From Toensbergia leucococca (Eukaryota): 63,626 nt of DNA. The DNA lies in the NCBI GenBank assembly GCA_022813965.1, contig JALDZS010000024.1, forward strand, positions 124,001-187,626. The letters are read 5' to 3'. The translations under genes and the position numbers were made by a program. Below, piece by piece: positions 1 through 13,487 of the stretch (within the stretch, counting starts at the first letter, position 1; each line of letters starts with the position of its first letter). The notes beneath the pieces are model-generated. The model was not told the DNA's origin. It searched no databases and saw nothing but the letters and a program-made list of their open reading frames with translations.

Positions 1-526
1 TGAGGCTGGGCGGTGAGGCTGGCTGAGAAGGGATGGGAGGAAGGTTGGTGATGGCTGGGCTGAGATGCGTGTGTTCTCTTGATGCTTGGCGGCTCGCCAT
101 GTCACGAGGAGGACCCTCGGACGTGGCGAGCATTCGAAGGACGGTAGAATGACGGCGGCCTGATGTGAAAAGCTAACGGTGCTGTTTCAAGAACCCAGCA
201 GAGGGACCAGAGATTCGATCCGAGTGCTCGAGAAAGCTGGGACAACGCTTGTCGAAATGTCAATAGACCAACCCAAGGCCGATGGTGGCCGGTGGGAAGG
301 AGCTTTGCCACTAGTCGAGAAAGAATTGAAGCCATGGTCAACTCGGATAATGGAACTGGCTGATGTATCTACCAGTTGAGGGACTTGCTAAGCCTATCTG
401 CACCATCGTCCATGACAGATACCTCGATACTCCGTAATATGGCGTCAATTTCCAAACTAAACCGAAGAATCATCAATCACCGCTTGAACCCAAACCCGCA
501 TTTCCCTGATCCAAATAGCACTTTTC

Positions 527-2121
527 TCATGACTGGACGAGCTTTTCAGTAGCTTCAAGCAAGATATCGGCTATAATCAAAATTAGCATATTTTTTCTCA
601 ATATGGCAACTTTCGAGAACACAATCAACACTTACCGTGATGTCTCTGGAAAATCAGCATTGGCCTCAATCTTACTGCCCTCTCCCCGCTCCCTCCAATA
701 TTGATTCCCTCTCCCTTGGCACGCTTCACGAAATCATCCCTCCGAGGACTATCCCACGCAATAAATGTACCTTGTCCTTTACCCCTCAAGTTCTGGATCT
801 CATTCGGATAATGCTGCGCCAATTTCTCAAGTCCAGCATACAAATAATCCCCCACCTGAGCGGTGTTCTCAACTAGGTTCAATCTTTCAATCTCATTGAT
901 GATCGCTCGGAAAAGGATCGCACGTGCGGGATCTCCCATCCAAGTGTTGAATTGTCGGTATGGCTTGTTCGGCCGAAGATCAGGGTTGCCGAAGTAGTAG
1001 CCAGCGGTCTGGGCTTTCTTCGAGAACGTGACCATATCTGGAGGCTCGGCCATGTTCCAATGCTCATGGGCCCAGAATTTTCCAGTTGCGCCAACGCCGG
1101 TTTGAACTTCGTCAACAATGAAGAGAACGTTATGGCGTTTTGTAATTTCACGAAGACTGCGGAAGAAAGCTGGGGAGGCATGATTATCGCCACCCTCGGA
1201 TTGAACGGGCTCAACAACAACGGCTGCGACAGGTGAATGAAAGTTTTTGATGAGGTCTTCTGTCTCCGCTAGACAACGTGCTTCTTCTTCTGCGTTCTCC
1301 TTGACATGCTCGTTAAGAGGATATTTGAGATGAGGGAAAGAAGCCTGGGGCCAATCAAACGCCGGAATATCGAGTTTATGGATCGCTTTACTTCGCGTGG
1401 TAGAAAGACTGCCAAACAATCTGCCGTGGAAAGCAGATTTGAAAGAGAGGATTGAGAGGTCGGGGGAGCCTGGGGTATGGTTATTCATTGACGAAGATAT
1501 TTCGTCGGCGGTGAAGTCAACGTTGGGTCCTCCGCGTTCTTGAAGTCGGCGCCACATAAAAGCAGCTTTGTATGCTGTCTCGTTCGCGTCGGAACCGGCC
1601 ATAGCAGTGAAGACCTGGTTGAGGCCTTTTGGTGCCACTTTCAGTATACCAGTTTCGAGAATCTCAGCCCAGTCGTGTTGTGGGAAATTGCCGAGTGCCG
1701 GACGATTGATCATGGCGCTGGCCATGGCCGGTGTTGTTGCTGCTAGGAGCAATGAGGGATTGCTATAGCCAACAGGAATTGAGGCAATCTGAGCATACAC
1801 ATCGAGCAGAACATTACCGTCGAGATCTGCGATATAGTTGCCAAAACTGTTTTGATAATTTGCTAGCATATTCAAGCTCCTTGTGTCAAACACTCGATCC
1901 AAATCTTTGATTGCATTCTTACTCAGCGGTCCCGGTATTGTAGTCCTTATCTGTGGTCCGTATGGCTCGTCTGCAAAGAAAGGTTGCTCGGCGCTCGAAG
2001 TTTCGGGCATTGTGGCAGCTGCAGCACTTGCAGCAGGTCGAGTGGTTGTTGTGATTGAGCGTCTTGTAACAAGGCGGGTGAAAGGACGGACTCGAGACGT
2101 GGTTCGAAGAAGGGAAGCCAT
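527..2121 (-). CDS. UGA1: 4-aminobutyrate (GABA) aminotransferase, class III PLP enzyme, with Arg/Ser/Thr-rich mitochondrial-type presequence; one intron (635-571)
   Basis: Motifs AFHGR, EPVQSEGGD, IVDEVQTGVG, VTFSKK and RLRPML. Likely start MASLLR at 2121. A GTAAG...TAG intron joins the last exon ADILLEATEKLVQS* (stop at 527). Confidence 0.95.
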
Positions 2122-2757
2122 AGTGAGAGAGAAGAGGATGTCGTCCTCCTGCGAACAACCAAAGAGAAGAGACCAGGAGATGCCAGTTTCTTGCCACTGG
2201 ACTGGTAACACAACTATCTGCAGAAATGAGCAAATGTAAATAATTAATTGGCTTGGTTCACAAAGGTTGGTGGCATTAATAGTAGAGTTGATGAGTGAAG
2301 GTGGAGAAGTCGGAGAAGTTAAATGTGGGGCAAACTGAATGTTCCGCATTTGCCGATGACGACTGCCAAGCCTCAAGCCAAGCCCCCACTCCCCCAGTCT
2401 AGAAAAGGTAAATCCATGCAGGTGACGGCAATGAAACGTTCTTTATCACATGCATTATTTACCTCATTCTGCTCGTACGAGTACTCGTACACTTCACAGT
2501 TCACCACATTTCACTACTCATACAGTTCTCTAACAAGTGGCAGATTCCAAGATCTTTGCCTTGGAACCAAATGTGTACTTTCCAGTCAGGTCAAGGGTAT
2601 CCCTCTCTCTCGGTGCACCTAATAATCATACAGGACCAAGACGGCGTTCTGTTAAGACCATCCCCAGTCTGTCACCTAACTGTATGATACTTTTTCCCTG
2701 ATCTCTTCTCTTTCGAACTGCAACCATAAATCAGGTAGAATGTTTCAAAAAATAGTT

Positions 2758-5700
2758 TCATGTCCCGCTATGTACTGCAAACTGCAGAGATTGTTCTGAT
2801 TCCATCCCTGTGAAGGTCAGATCTCGCTCATGAATGCCATCCTTTCGAAAGCCACCCGGAGTAGCTGGTGATTCAACATCCACTGAACTCAGAGAGCTGT
2901 GTATCTCATGGACTCGCCCAATGCCTTTTTGGACAGTGTGAGACATCTGCGTTGGTAATTGTTGAGGAGGTGAATCGCGATCGCCCATAACCTCATCCTG
3001 GATTAGCGCCCGACCATTCACTGTGCCATCGCTGTTTTGAAAATATTCAACGTCGTCCGGGTCGTTGCCAATGTCATCCAGTAACTCGGTTTCCGAGGCT
3101 GGAGTCGAAGGCATGCCTTCGGCTGGAGGTGGCGGCGGGGGAGGGGGAGGAGGACTTGCGGATCTTGGCCGCTTGATCGGTGTCTCTTCACTACCTTCCA
3201 TACTAATTCCGTTGGACTCTGCTTCCGCTCCTCGTTTGCGTTTAAGCCCATCACCATTCGACACTTGATCCATCGGCGTCATGGGTGTCAAAGATGTCTG
3301 CTCTTCTTTCTCGACATCTTCATCTGACATATCCATGCCTTGGTCACCGTCGCTCTCTTCCTCTTGCTTTGTATCGGCGTCAGGTGCTGGAAAAAACGGC
3401 TCTATCGAGCCTCCTTCCTTTCCTTTGCGTTCGGCCTTTTTCTTCTCAAACTCACGTCTCTTGACCACAGCCTTGTCAAAATAATCTTTTACGTATTTCT
3501 TTACTTGCTTTTCCTGTCGCGATGAAATATGTGTAGGATCTTCCACTCGATGATTCTTGTAATCCGAACTAACAAGCTTCTTCGCAACCTAATAGAAAGA
3601 CATAAGTCAGTAAGACTGCATGACGTGATTTGGTAGTGTTTTCTTACCTCCTTTGCAAATCGCTTTAGATCATCTTTGGGCAGCTTAGTCTTGAACTTGT
3701 CCATTACGTATTTAATATGGGGAAATAACTTAGTCTGTTAGCGTTATCCAATTACGCCTTCTGATGATTACTTACGGTATTCTCATATAATTTTCTCTGT
3801 TTGTCCTCACTATACGATCGCCATTTCTCTTTACCGTCCTTCTTATCCTTCTTTCCGCCGTCGGCAACGAGCTTCGGCGTATTTGAAGCAGATGCTTTAT
3901 CTGGCGGAGTATTGGCTTTTGCACTGGTGATTTCATTGATGATATCCTCCAATGCTTTGTTTGTGGATGTTGGTTTCGGAGGCGGTGGAGGCTGGGCTGC
4001 GGGCATGGTTGGCCTCGTCCATGTTGTTTGGCCTGTCGCACTGTAATAGTAAGTACTGCCGTTGGAAGTAGCTGTAAACCAACCAGGAGGTAAAGCGTTG
4101 AATGGGCGAGGTCGGTATGGTGGCCTGGGCCCAGGATAAAAGGCGGCCGCTCGTTGAGGCACGTTTGTACGGGGTCCTGTAGGTGCCTGCCCCCGAGAAG
4201 TGTCCATCGATCTCGATTCAGTGCTAGAGTTTGACTTTGAACGAGTTCTAGAGCGTGCCTTTCGATCTTCACGCCCTGGTTCCCGACGCTCAAAGCGATC
4301 ATGCCTCTCCGGGGTAGCATTGCTTTTGACCTCGCGCTTCTTACGAGGTATTCGGTAGGCGACTTCGAGGGTGCTCCACTCCTTCAGCAGCTTTGAAGCT
4401 TGTGATTCTACTCGTTCATCTCCGCAGTCATGGAGGCTTTCAATATTAGCTTCTATCTTTGAATCGCTTATTTTGTTCCGCGTTAGTCGAGGAAATTGAT
4501 TGAGGATATCCAGAATTTGCAAGACGACGTTAAAATCCTCCTTCCAAAGAGCTAATGCTGAATTCAGAATCTGATAGCCATGCATCTTAACAACACGATT
4601 GCGAACGCGTTCGTCATTGCAACGCTGGATGCGGCCGAGCAGCTTGACGGCGATCCATTTCTCTTTACATTGCATGAGTGTGGCCATGACCTTGGTGACG
4701 CCGTCCTCATCCAAGGATTTGGGCTGGACATTGTTAACGTATTCTTCATCCTCTTCTCCGATTTTCTTCTTGCGAGGCTTCTTCGCGACGGCGGTGTCCC
4801 AATCATCGCCATCATCGATTCCAAGGGCCTCGATGGTGGTATTCGACAACTTGGTACCTCGATCAGTCTGTGTCTTGCCACCAATGAAGCCGGTGCAGTT
4901 GGGTTCGCCGCAGTAGCATGGTTGCGGGTCTGCTCCGTAGCGGTCAACGTTGTAATTGAAAACCAACTCTTCGCCTTGCTTGATGTTTCGCTCGGCAAAT
5001 ATTCCCATGCGAAGTTTGTCACCCACTACCCATTTGTCCACGTAACAATTCGGATTGCACGAATGGTTACAGAACCTGCCCAGATTTCCTTTCTTGGTCG
5101 CATCGACGAACTCACCTTTGCTGAGCGACATGAAGTAAAAATGTTTGATGCCCTCCTCATCGTACTGGACCATGCGGCGGCGAAAATGGCTTTCATTGAT
5201 GACTTCGCCAATATATTCAAATATGAAATCATTAGCTCGTAAATCATCATCAGCTCGTAGCCCGTAGCCTTTTTTCTCTGTCTTGATAACAGTGACATTG
5301 GCGTATTGTTTCCGTTGAAATCGTTGATTTTGGCAGTCGGCGCCACAACCGCAGTCTCCGAAGCATTCCATCTTCGTCGCACGATTGATACAATCTGAGT
5401 CTTCCCCACATGACACATTGACTCTCGTCACCTCATCTAGATGATTAATGAGTACTTATTGTCAGAGTAAGAGCAAGATCCAAGGAGCGCTTACCCCACT
5501 CTTCCGTGCAGTCACAGTCCATGGCATGCTCCGTAGACCCTATGTACTTGGACGAGTAGACGCAGTCTGGAATCACCTGAAAGGTGCCAGTAGATTCAGC
5601 TGTTTTACTTGGATGATCATCGAACAGAGATGCCGCTTTAGATAGGACCTTTTGTGATGAGCTTCGAGCAAGTTTGGGCGGTTGGCCGGGTTCCATTTTT

Positions 5701-5975
5701 ACAGTAACCTCGCCACCAATGATCTCTTCATGCGGCTCTTGTTTCAAAGCAGGACCATGTGGGAGCTTTAGACCTTTTTTCGGCGACTGCTCGGTAGATT
5801 TCATGCCAGCCTTACGTGGTGACTTGGTGCCATTGCTGGTTCCTTCCCTTTTGACTTCTCCCAGCCGCGAGTTTCGCAGAGTCTCCTCTTCAGAAGAATC
5901 GCCATTCTTGATATGCATCTCCATTATCCCGAGTTCTACCACCGTTGGCTTTTTCGCCCGTCCGTCGTCGGGCAT
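2758..5975 (-). CDS. SET2: Histone H3K36 methyltransferase Set2 (AWS-SET-postSET, WW, SRI), spliced
   Basis: [37 protein letters not shown] domain LPPGW...YYY...TTWTRP; SRI-type [13 protein letters not shown]. Intron 5494-5437 plus two more near 3775 and 3645. Confidence 0.95.
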
Positions 5976-7780
5976 CTTGCACGTAGCAGTTGTTATGGGA
6001 GTTGGGGTGGTTTACAAAAAGATGTGAAATTAGCGATATATGGACCCCCCTCAATCACAGGGCCACAACAACACCCTGGAAAGCTGTGAACTACGCCCGA
6101 GGCCTCCTCACGACCTGGCCCAAAGCCCTTTAGCTGGTGTTGATTTTTCAATTTGATTGATCGTTGGATTTCATGGGGTATTCTCGCAGCCTGCTTGAGG
6201 GATTGAGACGAGACTTCTGAGGGGCTGAAAGCGAGAGCGATGATATGTGGTTCGCAGGAGCGATGTCATGAAAGCAGGTAAGGTGAGTTATAATGTAATA
6301 AAGTAAGGAGTGAATCTGAAGCCGCGCAATGAAATGTCGAAGAGCACAGAAAGCTTCGAGCGCCGTCCCAGGCTCCGCCAAGTCTTCTCTCAATCATCGA
6401 AGCCTTCCCAAACAGGGAAAGTACAGCGCATTGAGTAAATGGGTCTCGCAGCATCAGCCAGATCACCACAGCTTTTCGTCAATGGTTCGCCAATTCGTGG
6501 CGACTTCATGTTCTGAATTTGATTTGGCACCAGTCAGTCTGGACTCGGAAAAGCATGGCCCGTGCACACTCTGTGTGAGCCAAGTGCTTCAAGAAAGTAT
6601 CATTCATTGCCAATTTCTATGATACAAGTATGCTTCTATCAGTCGCCTGTAAAATTCTAGTAGACTGCAAATGCGAAATCAACCAACAGCTGTAAAACGT
6701 CGACGATAGAGCCAAGGGAAGTTTCAAAGTGCAATGAACTAATACATGCGGGCATTTCGCGATGTGGGGGCACCATCAAATATTACCATAGAACATCGAT
6801 CGTGGATAGTACCGCTTCAGCCTGTAAATCAATAGCAGGCAACGAATCAATCAAATGAAGATGTATGTTGTGAGAGTGGTGATACTGTAACAGCGACCGA
6901 CGTGGCTCTGCGTCCACGCCATGATGTGTCCCTTCCACACTGGTCTGTAATTATCTGGCAGTGATGGAGAAAGCGGTATATAGATCAAGCTGAGGTCGCA
7001 TAAAATCTGATAAATCCAAAATCAAAGTCAATCTGATTTCACGCTGTTGCAGTTGAGGTTGTACGAGTACCTGATAGCTTCCCCAAGCTTGGCTGGATTC
7101 CGAGATGTGACTGGCTCCATGTCGACAGGGTTACTCTCAGCTGGCTAGAGATTCCATTGGCCACTATCGATTGGTGCTGGAGACGTTGACAACCGTCGAT
7201 TAGGGCATCAGCATTCCAAAAGAGAGTTGGGAAGCTTTTGCGAAAGCAATGTCCTGGAGCGTTAGCGGCATAGTACCGTGGTTTCTCCGCCATCAATTGA
7301 GCGTCTTGCGATACTTTATATCATCAAGACTACGAAGCAGAGATCAAAGGCCCGCAGGGACGGCAGACTTGCCGTAATAATGTGCAGATGATGCAGATCA
7401 AGATGAGCTTGTGCATCCGACTATCTGCAGCTTCCATCGTGCTGCAGCTGAGCAGCAAGGTAGGTAGGAGATGTAGGGTAGGTAAATAACACCAACACTA
7501 GTTTACTGTTCTTCCTTTTCTGTACCATATTTACCAAGATCCAAAACGCCTTTGCTCTCGCCGGGACCCTTTCAAGTCTTCTCCCAACGAGCTTCCATGA
7601 TTCACATGATCATTCACTACCGGCCTTCGTTTCTTCTACTTTCTTTACACGTTCTTTTGATTCTTTAATTAATTCCACCCCTTGCATCTTCTTTTTACCA
7701 GGCGCCATCAGCCTCAAATCGCGTAATTACCTACACATACCCTCCTTTAAAAGCCTGTTCGAGCACCAAGCTACCACCAG

Positions 7781-8958
7781 ATGTCTACTGTTTTTGAGCA
7801 GCCGTTTGATGAGCGTGAAGAAGTACGTAGCTGTTCAGAAACAAGTCCCAATACCCTCTCCCGAAGATCGCGTGTGCTGCTTCAAGTTTGCTATTAATGA
7901 ACAGATCACGAATTGCTGATCACCGCGATCTCTTTAGCGCTATTTCCTTGCGGAGATCATCAAAGGATCTTCGGTATCTTCAGCCATTCTTTTCCAACTT
8001 ATTGAAGATTTGGGCATCCAGCCAAGGTGGACCGAGATAGCATTGCCAAACGGTGCGTTGGTCATTCCACTACCCTACCAATCTTACTCTATTATGCCAT
8101 GATGCATCTAAGCGTCAAGAATCAGCATGTCCTTCCGCGCAGTCGGCATAGGCCTAATCAAGGAATCACCTCAGCTAATTAGGCCTTCCTCCAGGTCGCT
8201 CTGTATCAGCCTGCCAGAAAGCCTTCGAGGTTCTTTCAAGCCGCCCCCACACCGGATCTGCGGATGCTTTAGAACAGAAATCTTCCTCCTATAAGAAGAA
8301 GAAGCGCCCTCTTTCCGCCGCAGATCCTTCCGCTATAGGAGAACGGATCATTCAGCCACGGCCCATGGCTTTTGCTACTGTTAATAGTCAGGAATATCCT
8401 TCTACCGACCAGCTCATGCCATCGGTCACGGGTGAACCGTCCAAGAAGAAGCGCGGACGCCCAAGCAAAGCAGACCAAGAGATCCGAGCTGCTGAAGCTG
8501 CCGCGCGAGGTGAGGTCTACCCACCGCCTAAGAAGCACAAGACCCCAAGACAGTCAATGGAGGGAGTCGAGGGAGGGGCGCCGACTGCTATCATGTCCAC
8601 GCCAGATGTTGCTGGCCCTAAGGCTCCAAAAGATACTTATGCAAACGAGAAACGAGGACGGTCTAGTAATGGACAGGGACAAGCTCGCACCATGTCTCTC
8701 GAAGATACTGCTAAGGCAGCCGAACAAATCCGGGGAGAATCTGGAATAGGACGTGGAGAGAATTTCTCAGAACCGCCGGCCTCCGAGATTGCAGCTCCTG
8801 CTGCTTTACTGGCTGGTGTGCAGGAGCATGCTGCCCGCATCCACGACTCAGACGCACTTATGAAGGATACCGCGCATACAGAGATTAGCGGGCCTCCGCA
8901 ACGGTATTCCGCCCCCGGGCAAGGAGACTGGGCCACGTATCAGCAGACATCGGCGTAG
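7781..8958 (+). CDS. AT-hook protein with conserved fungal N-terminal domain; two introns
   Basis: Spliced model MSTVFEQPFDEREE|RYFLAEIIK...IQPRWTEIALPN|GRSVSACQKAF reads in frame into ORF 8365-8958, which contains the AT-hook KKKRGRPSK. Confidence 0.75.
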
Positions 8959-9923
8959 ATTCGGCAAAGAAGAGGAGGAACTGAAAATCCAGGGCTTGAT
9001 GATGATTTCATGATGTCTACATACAAATGAGACTATGTGGTGGCTTTCGTGCTGCAATTTCGAGCGAAGACGAACAGACGGCTCTCATGCATTCTTACGC
9101 GTTCATGATCCTCAGACATTGGTGGTCAATCTGTATTTTGTACACTCAAGCGTTACAGATATGTTCATTTCTCTACTCCACTTGGTTTCTTAGTTTCGAC
9201 ATAAGCTTCCAGAGCCCCTTAAATTTTTCACATTCTTGTAATACAGGCGATATTTCCAGCGCACTACCTACCTCGTTGAATAAAGTCTCGCGTTGCGAGA
9301 CGAGGCAACAAGATTACTTCCATAGCTGTATCAACAACCCAATCAGTGATAGAAATACTCGGAATAGAGTGGAATTCCACTCTTGCATGGCTCAGGGCAG
9401 TCTCCTGATGTGACGAGAGACACACGCAAAGACAAAGAGCACCCCGAATGATGATACACACAGGGGAGAAGTCAAGAGCAGGACCGAGATTAAAAGGCGG
9501 TGAATTCCGAGTACCTCCGCCACGTATCTAGACGCAAGAGCATATGAGTCTGTAGACTGCTGAGGATGTACGATTCCGATGACCATGCGATGAATCGCAG
9601 GCGCATAATCTTAAGCTCTCTGGACAATCAACACGTCATGGATAAGTTGGAGTAGCTTGCCGTTAGCATTCAAGCTTTTTGACGGGTTGTTTTGTTTCAA
9701 TTCACGTTTGATAGCTCCAGTTGATTGGTCTCAAAGACAGTGACACCAAGGAAACAAGACTGGACGGCGTTTCGATTGCATCAAAACAGATATCTGGGGT
9801 ATTCGCTTTGGACCAAACCCTTGGGTACCTTGGAATATCAACCTCCAGCGCCCCTAAAAACACCATAGCTATGCTGTAAAGACGAAAAGAACATTGAAGC
9901 AATCAATGGGGATTTCTGCTATT

Positions 9924-10555
9924 CTAAGCATCATCCTCTTGTACGCTTCCATCCCTCCTAACTCGAAGATCAATACCGATTCCAATTTCAAGATCGGAGT
10001 TTGGTAATACGTACGGGAAATACCTTGCTCCTGCTTCCTCAATATTCTGCCTCACTTCATCCGGTAACTACATCCTCAAAGAATTATATCAGCCCCCTCT
10101 TCTTCACAATGCCTGTTTCTCCAATTTCCCATGCAACCATTCCAAGAACGATAAAGCCGGCACTTACCGATCCCACAACCTTGACGGCATACACTCCACT
10201 CACATAGCCATCTAATCGCTGCCACTTGGCTACCCAGCTCTGTGATGGATCTGCAAGTGTGATAAGGCCTTCGAAGACTTGCGAGGTGCATTCTTGGACT
10301 GAGTCGGGATGGTTCATGAGGTCGAGAAATGATTCGCAATTGGGGCAGCCTTCACGGAGAAAGCGCTGTATTGAAGCTATGTATCAGTATGAGGACAATT
10401 GGTAGGATGTAATGTGTCTTTAAGACTAGGTCTCGTAGTTGGGGTGGACACAATGTGTGTGGAGCAGGACCTACGGATTGGGTTTGGATGATGGAGCACA
10501 CCATGCAGGCGCGAAGGTAGCGGACTTGATTACCCGGAACAAAATTCGAAGTCAT
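9924..10555 (-). CDS. SPT4: Transcription elongation factor Spt4 (zinc finger); three introns
   Basis: [18 protein letters not shown]...[13 protein letters not shown]...[10 protein letters not shown]...GVYAVKV|LPDEV...[13 protein letters not shown]. Confidence 0.95.
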
Positions 10556-10894
10556 TTTTAGAGTGATGTTGCTGAGTATCCAGAGGGATGTCAAGGAGGT
10601 GGTAGCCTGAAGTAAAAGTAGAAAGAAAAGAAGATGAAGACGAAAAATGAAAGCCCTACTTACTCCGTGAGGTACTCGTATTCCGTACAAAGACTGAAAA
10701 TAGCCTAGCGTAATAACAAGCGCCCTCGGCCCGATTGGCGTCTCGTCAGAAAGGTAGATTAGGTTCTTTTTCGCCAAATCTTCCGCAGTTGCCTACCAAA
10801 TCTACAGCAGAAATTCCAATGATTAATTGTGCATTGAGTACAATTCCGTGGAAAGTGGCTTGTTGACACGATATATACTTTAGTCTCAGCGGCA

Positions 10895-12546
10895 ATGTCT
10901 TCAACCGATGATTCAATTGCACTGAAGCAGAAAGGAAACACGGCCTTTGCGAGCCATGATTGGCTAGGCGCTATCGATTTCTATACACGTGCCATAGAAC
11001 TAAATGATCAAGACCCTTCGTTCTATTGTAATCGAGCTCAGGTATTTATGCCTTCCCGTCATCACGCTTGGGACTTTCCAATTGACGAGTCCTTCCAATA
11101 GGCCAATATTAAGCTCGAGTCCTATGGCTATGCTGTTGTTGATGCCTCCAAAGCTATCGAGCTCGACCAATCCTACGTCAAAGTATGTATATTCTACGTC
11201 GTTCTAATTTTATGATACTGGTCTAATCAAACTTAACAGGCATACTATAGAAGAGCAGTTGCCAACACTGCAATACTTAATTCTCGTGAAGCACTAAAAG
11301 ACTTCAAGACGGTCGTGAAGAAGGAGCCAAACAACAAAGATGCTAAGCTGAAGCTTGCAGAATGCGAGAAAATAGTGCGTCGGGTAGAGTTCTTAAGGGC
11401 AATAGAAGTAGAAGACTCGCCCTCGGCCTTCGAGGGCCTGGACATCGATTCAATAGCCGTGGAATCGAATTACGATGGAGTTGAGCTTGGTAGCGATATG
11501 ACACCAGAATTTATAGACGACATGATCACGAGGTTCAAGAACGGCAAGAAAATCCACCGGAAATACGTCTTTCAGATCATCGCCGCTGTCAGGAATATAG
11601 TCTATGATGAACCGACAATGGTTGAGATGGAAGTGGGAAAGGGGCATCAATTAACAGTATGCGGAGACACACACGGACAATATTTCGATCTCCTTGAGAT
11701 ATTTAGACTCAACGGTTTCCCCACTGCCTCGCACTATTATCTTTTTAATGGTGATTTCGTCGATCGAGGCTCCTGGTCTACAGAGATTGCTCTCTTGTTA
11801 TATGCATACAAGTGGCTATATCCCAAAGCCTTTTTCCTTAACCGTGGCAACCACGAGACAGATGATATGAACAGAGTCTACGGATTCGAGGGCGAGTGCA
11901 AGGCTAAATACAGCGAGCGAGTCTTCAAATTATTTTCTGAGTCATTTTCTGCCTTGCCTCTTGCGACTCTAATCGGGCAAAAGTACTTGACATTACATGG
12001 TGGTTTGTTCTCAGATGACAAGACTTCTCTAGAAGATATCAGAAAACTAAATCGACATGGGCAGAGGCAACCTGGGCAGCAAGGCTTGATGATGGAGATG
12101 CTTTGGACGGATCCCCAGACGATGCCCGGAAGAGGACCTAGCAAGCGAGGAGTGGGCTTACAGTTCGGCCCCGATGTTACGAAAAGATTTTGCGAGGCAA
12201 ATGGATTGGAAGCTGTGATTCGAAGTCATGAAGTGAGAATGGAGGGATATGAAGTCGAACATGATGGACGGTGTATCACAGGCAAGTCAGGGTGCTTAGA
12301 TGGATTGAATTCATTCTAACATTGTGGCTAGTCTTCTCAGCGCCGAAGTATTGCGACAGTACTGAGAATAAGGGCGCCTACATCAATATTGGGCCAGAAT
12401 TGAAGTTGGATTTCCATAAATTTGATGCCGTACCCCACCCAGATATCAAGCCAATGGTTTTAAGCCCACCTCTAAACCCTTATAGTGGATGCTAACAGAT
12501 TCTGCTCCAGGCCTACGCACACAATTCGCTTACTTCCATGATGTAG
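10895..12546 (+). CDS. PPT1: Ser/Thr protein phosphatase 5 (TPR repeats plus PPP catalytic domain), spliced; includes a GC-AG intron 12282-12331
   Basis: [12 protein letters not shown]...FYCNRAQ; PPP motifs [35 protein letters not shown]; last exon [11 protein letters not shown]. Confidence 0.95.
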
Positions 12547-12865
12547 TTCGCATGGTGTCTATTGCCTTCTTCTGCCACCCTGCTACAACGTTCGAATTCT
12601 CAGTCTCCTCTCAACGCATAGCGACCTACGATGTTGGTCTGGCGTTTGTTCTGCATCTTTCTTTGGAATAGCGACTGATGGATTTCGATATGTCTGGTAT
12701 ACTCTGTACATTACCATGTACCGATAGGATTTCCTATTTGGGCGGATATATCCTTGTGTATATCTGCCAATTGAGCATAAACCTACTCCGTACCAGAAGC
12801 TGTATACGTAGTTGCAAGTATTCTGTCGCCGGTGGATGTTCGTGGTCAAGATTTCGCTTTTCCTC

Positions 12866-13303
12866 TCACGCCTCAAATAGCTCTGCCCCCCGGCCTCCTA
12901 ACATTGCTCCCAACCAGTCCCCCTTCCCTTTCACCCTCCACCCAACACCCTCCCTCTCACTCCCGCCCACCCACCCGCTCAACGCATTCACAACCGCCGA
13001 ACCATCCTCCCTCGGTACACGTACCCACAAGTCTCGATCTTCCACTTTTAAAAAATCGATTGGAATGGCGGTGCCGGTTAGACCGAGGAATTGCTGCAGA
13101 GCAGAGGTGAGATGGGCGCGGAAGGTGAGAATGTCAACGGGATCGGATGAGGGAGGGGAGGAGAGGAGGGTTAGGTGTAGGTAGGTGAATGGGGGGTTGC
13201 GAATTGTGAGAGTTGAGGGTGTGAGGGTAGCTTCTGAGTCCATGGGTATATCTTTTGAGGATGGGCTGGGTGAACCGAGGTCGAGGCTTGAGATTTTCCC
13301 CAT
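12866..13303 (-). CDS. POP8: RNase P/MRP subunit Pop8-like (start uncertain: 13243, 13303 or 13339)
   Basis: YLHLTL...DILTFRAHLTSALQQFLGLTGTAIPIDFL...LWVRVPRED...ALSGW...WRVKGKGDWLG matches the fungal Pop8 pattern as I recall it. Confidence 0.8.
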   Translation of the reverse strand: MGKISSLDLGSPSPSSKDIPMDSEATLTPSTLTIRNPPFTYLHLTLLSSPPSSDPVDILTFRAHLTSALQQFLGLTGTAIPIDFLKVEDRDLWVRVPREDGSAVVNALSGWVGGSEREGVGWRVKGKGDWLGAMLGGRGAELFEA

Positions 13304-13487
13304 GACACTAAGGACGGGAGATCTGCAATCTTGCATCACGCTAGATTTTAGTCTCTTGGCTCAGATCTTCGCTTGCAGCTGCCTAAAATTTGGGCTGACA
13401 AGCATCCGGATATGAGCAACAACTAGACACGCCATAATCCACATCACCACCACCTGTCCACGGCCATCAAAAGCAAAGCCGTTCGTT

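Noticed and set aside
99..379. Possible 3' exons of a plus-strand gene at the window start (GTAGAA...GCTAAC...AAG intron-like signal; ORF 179-379)
   Set aside because: I could not build a consistent open frame upstream, and there is no recognisable domain.
2122..2376. N-terminal extension of the 583-aa UGA1 ORF
   Set aside because: Starts at a non-ATG codon and reads like UTR; ATG 2121 gives a typical presequence.
4580..5242. Long antisense or alternate-frame ORFs inside conserved genes (e.g. 220 aa opposite SET2; similar in SIS1, COQ8, GCN2, YCF1, SAC3)
   Set aside because: Expected shadows of codon bias, with no independent coding features.
9448..9563. Box C (ATGATGA) to box D (CTGA) snoRNA candidate
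   Set aside because: Weak terminal stem and no rRNA- or snRNA-complementary guide that I can recognise.
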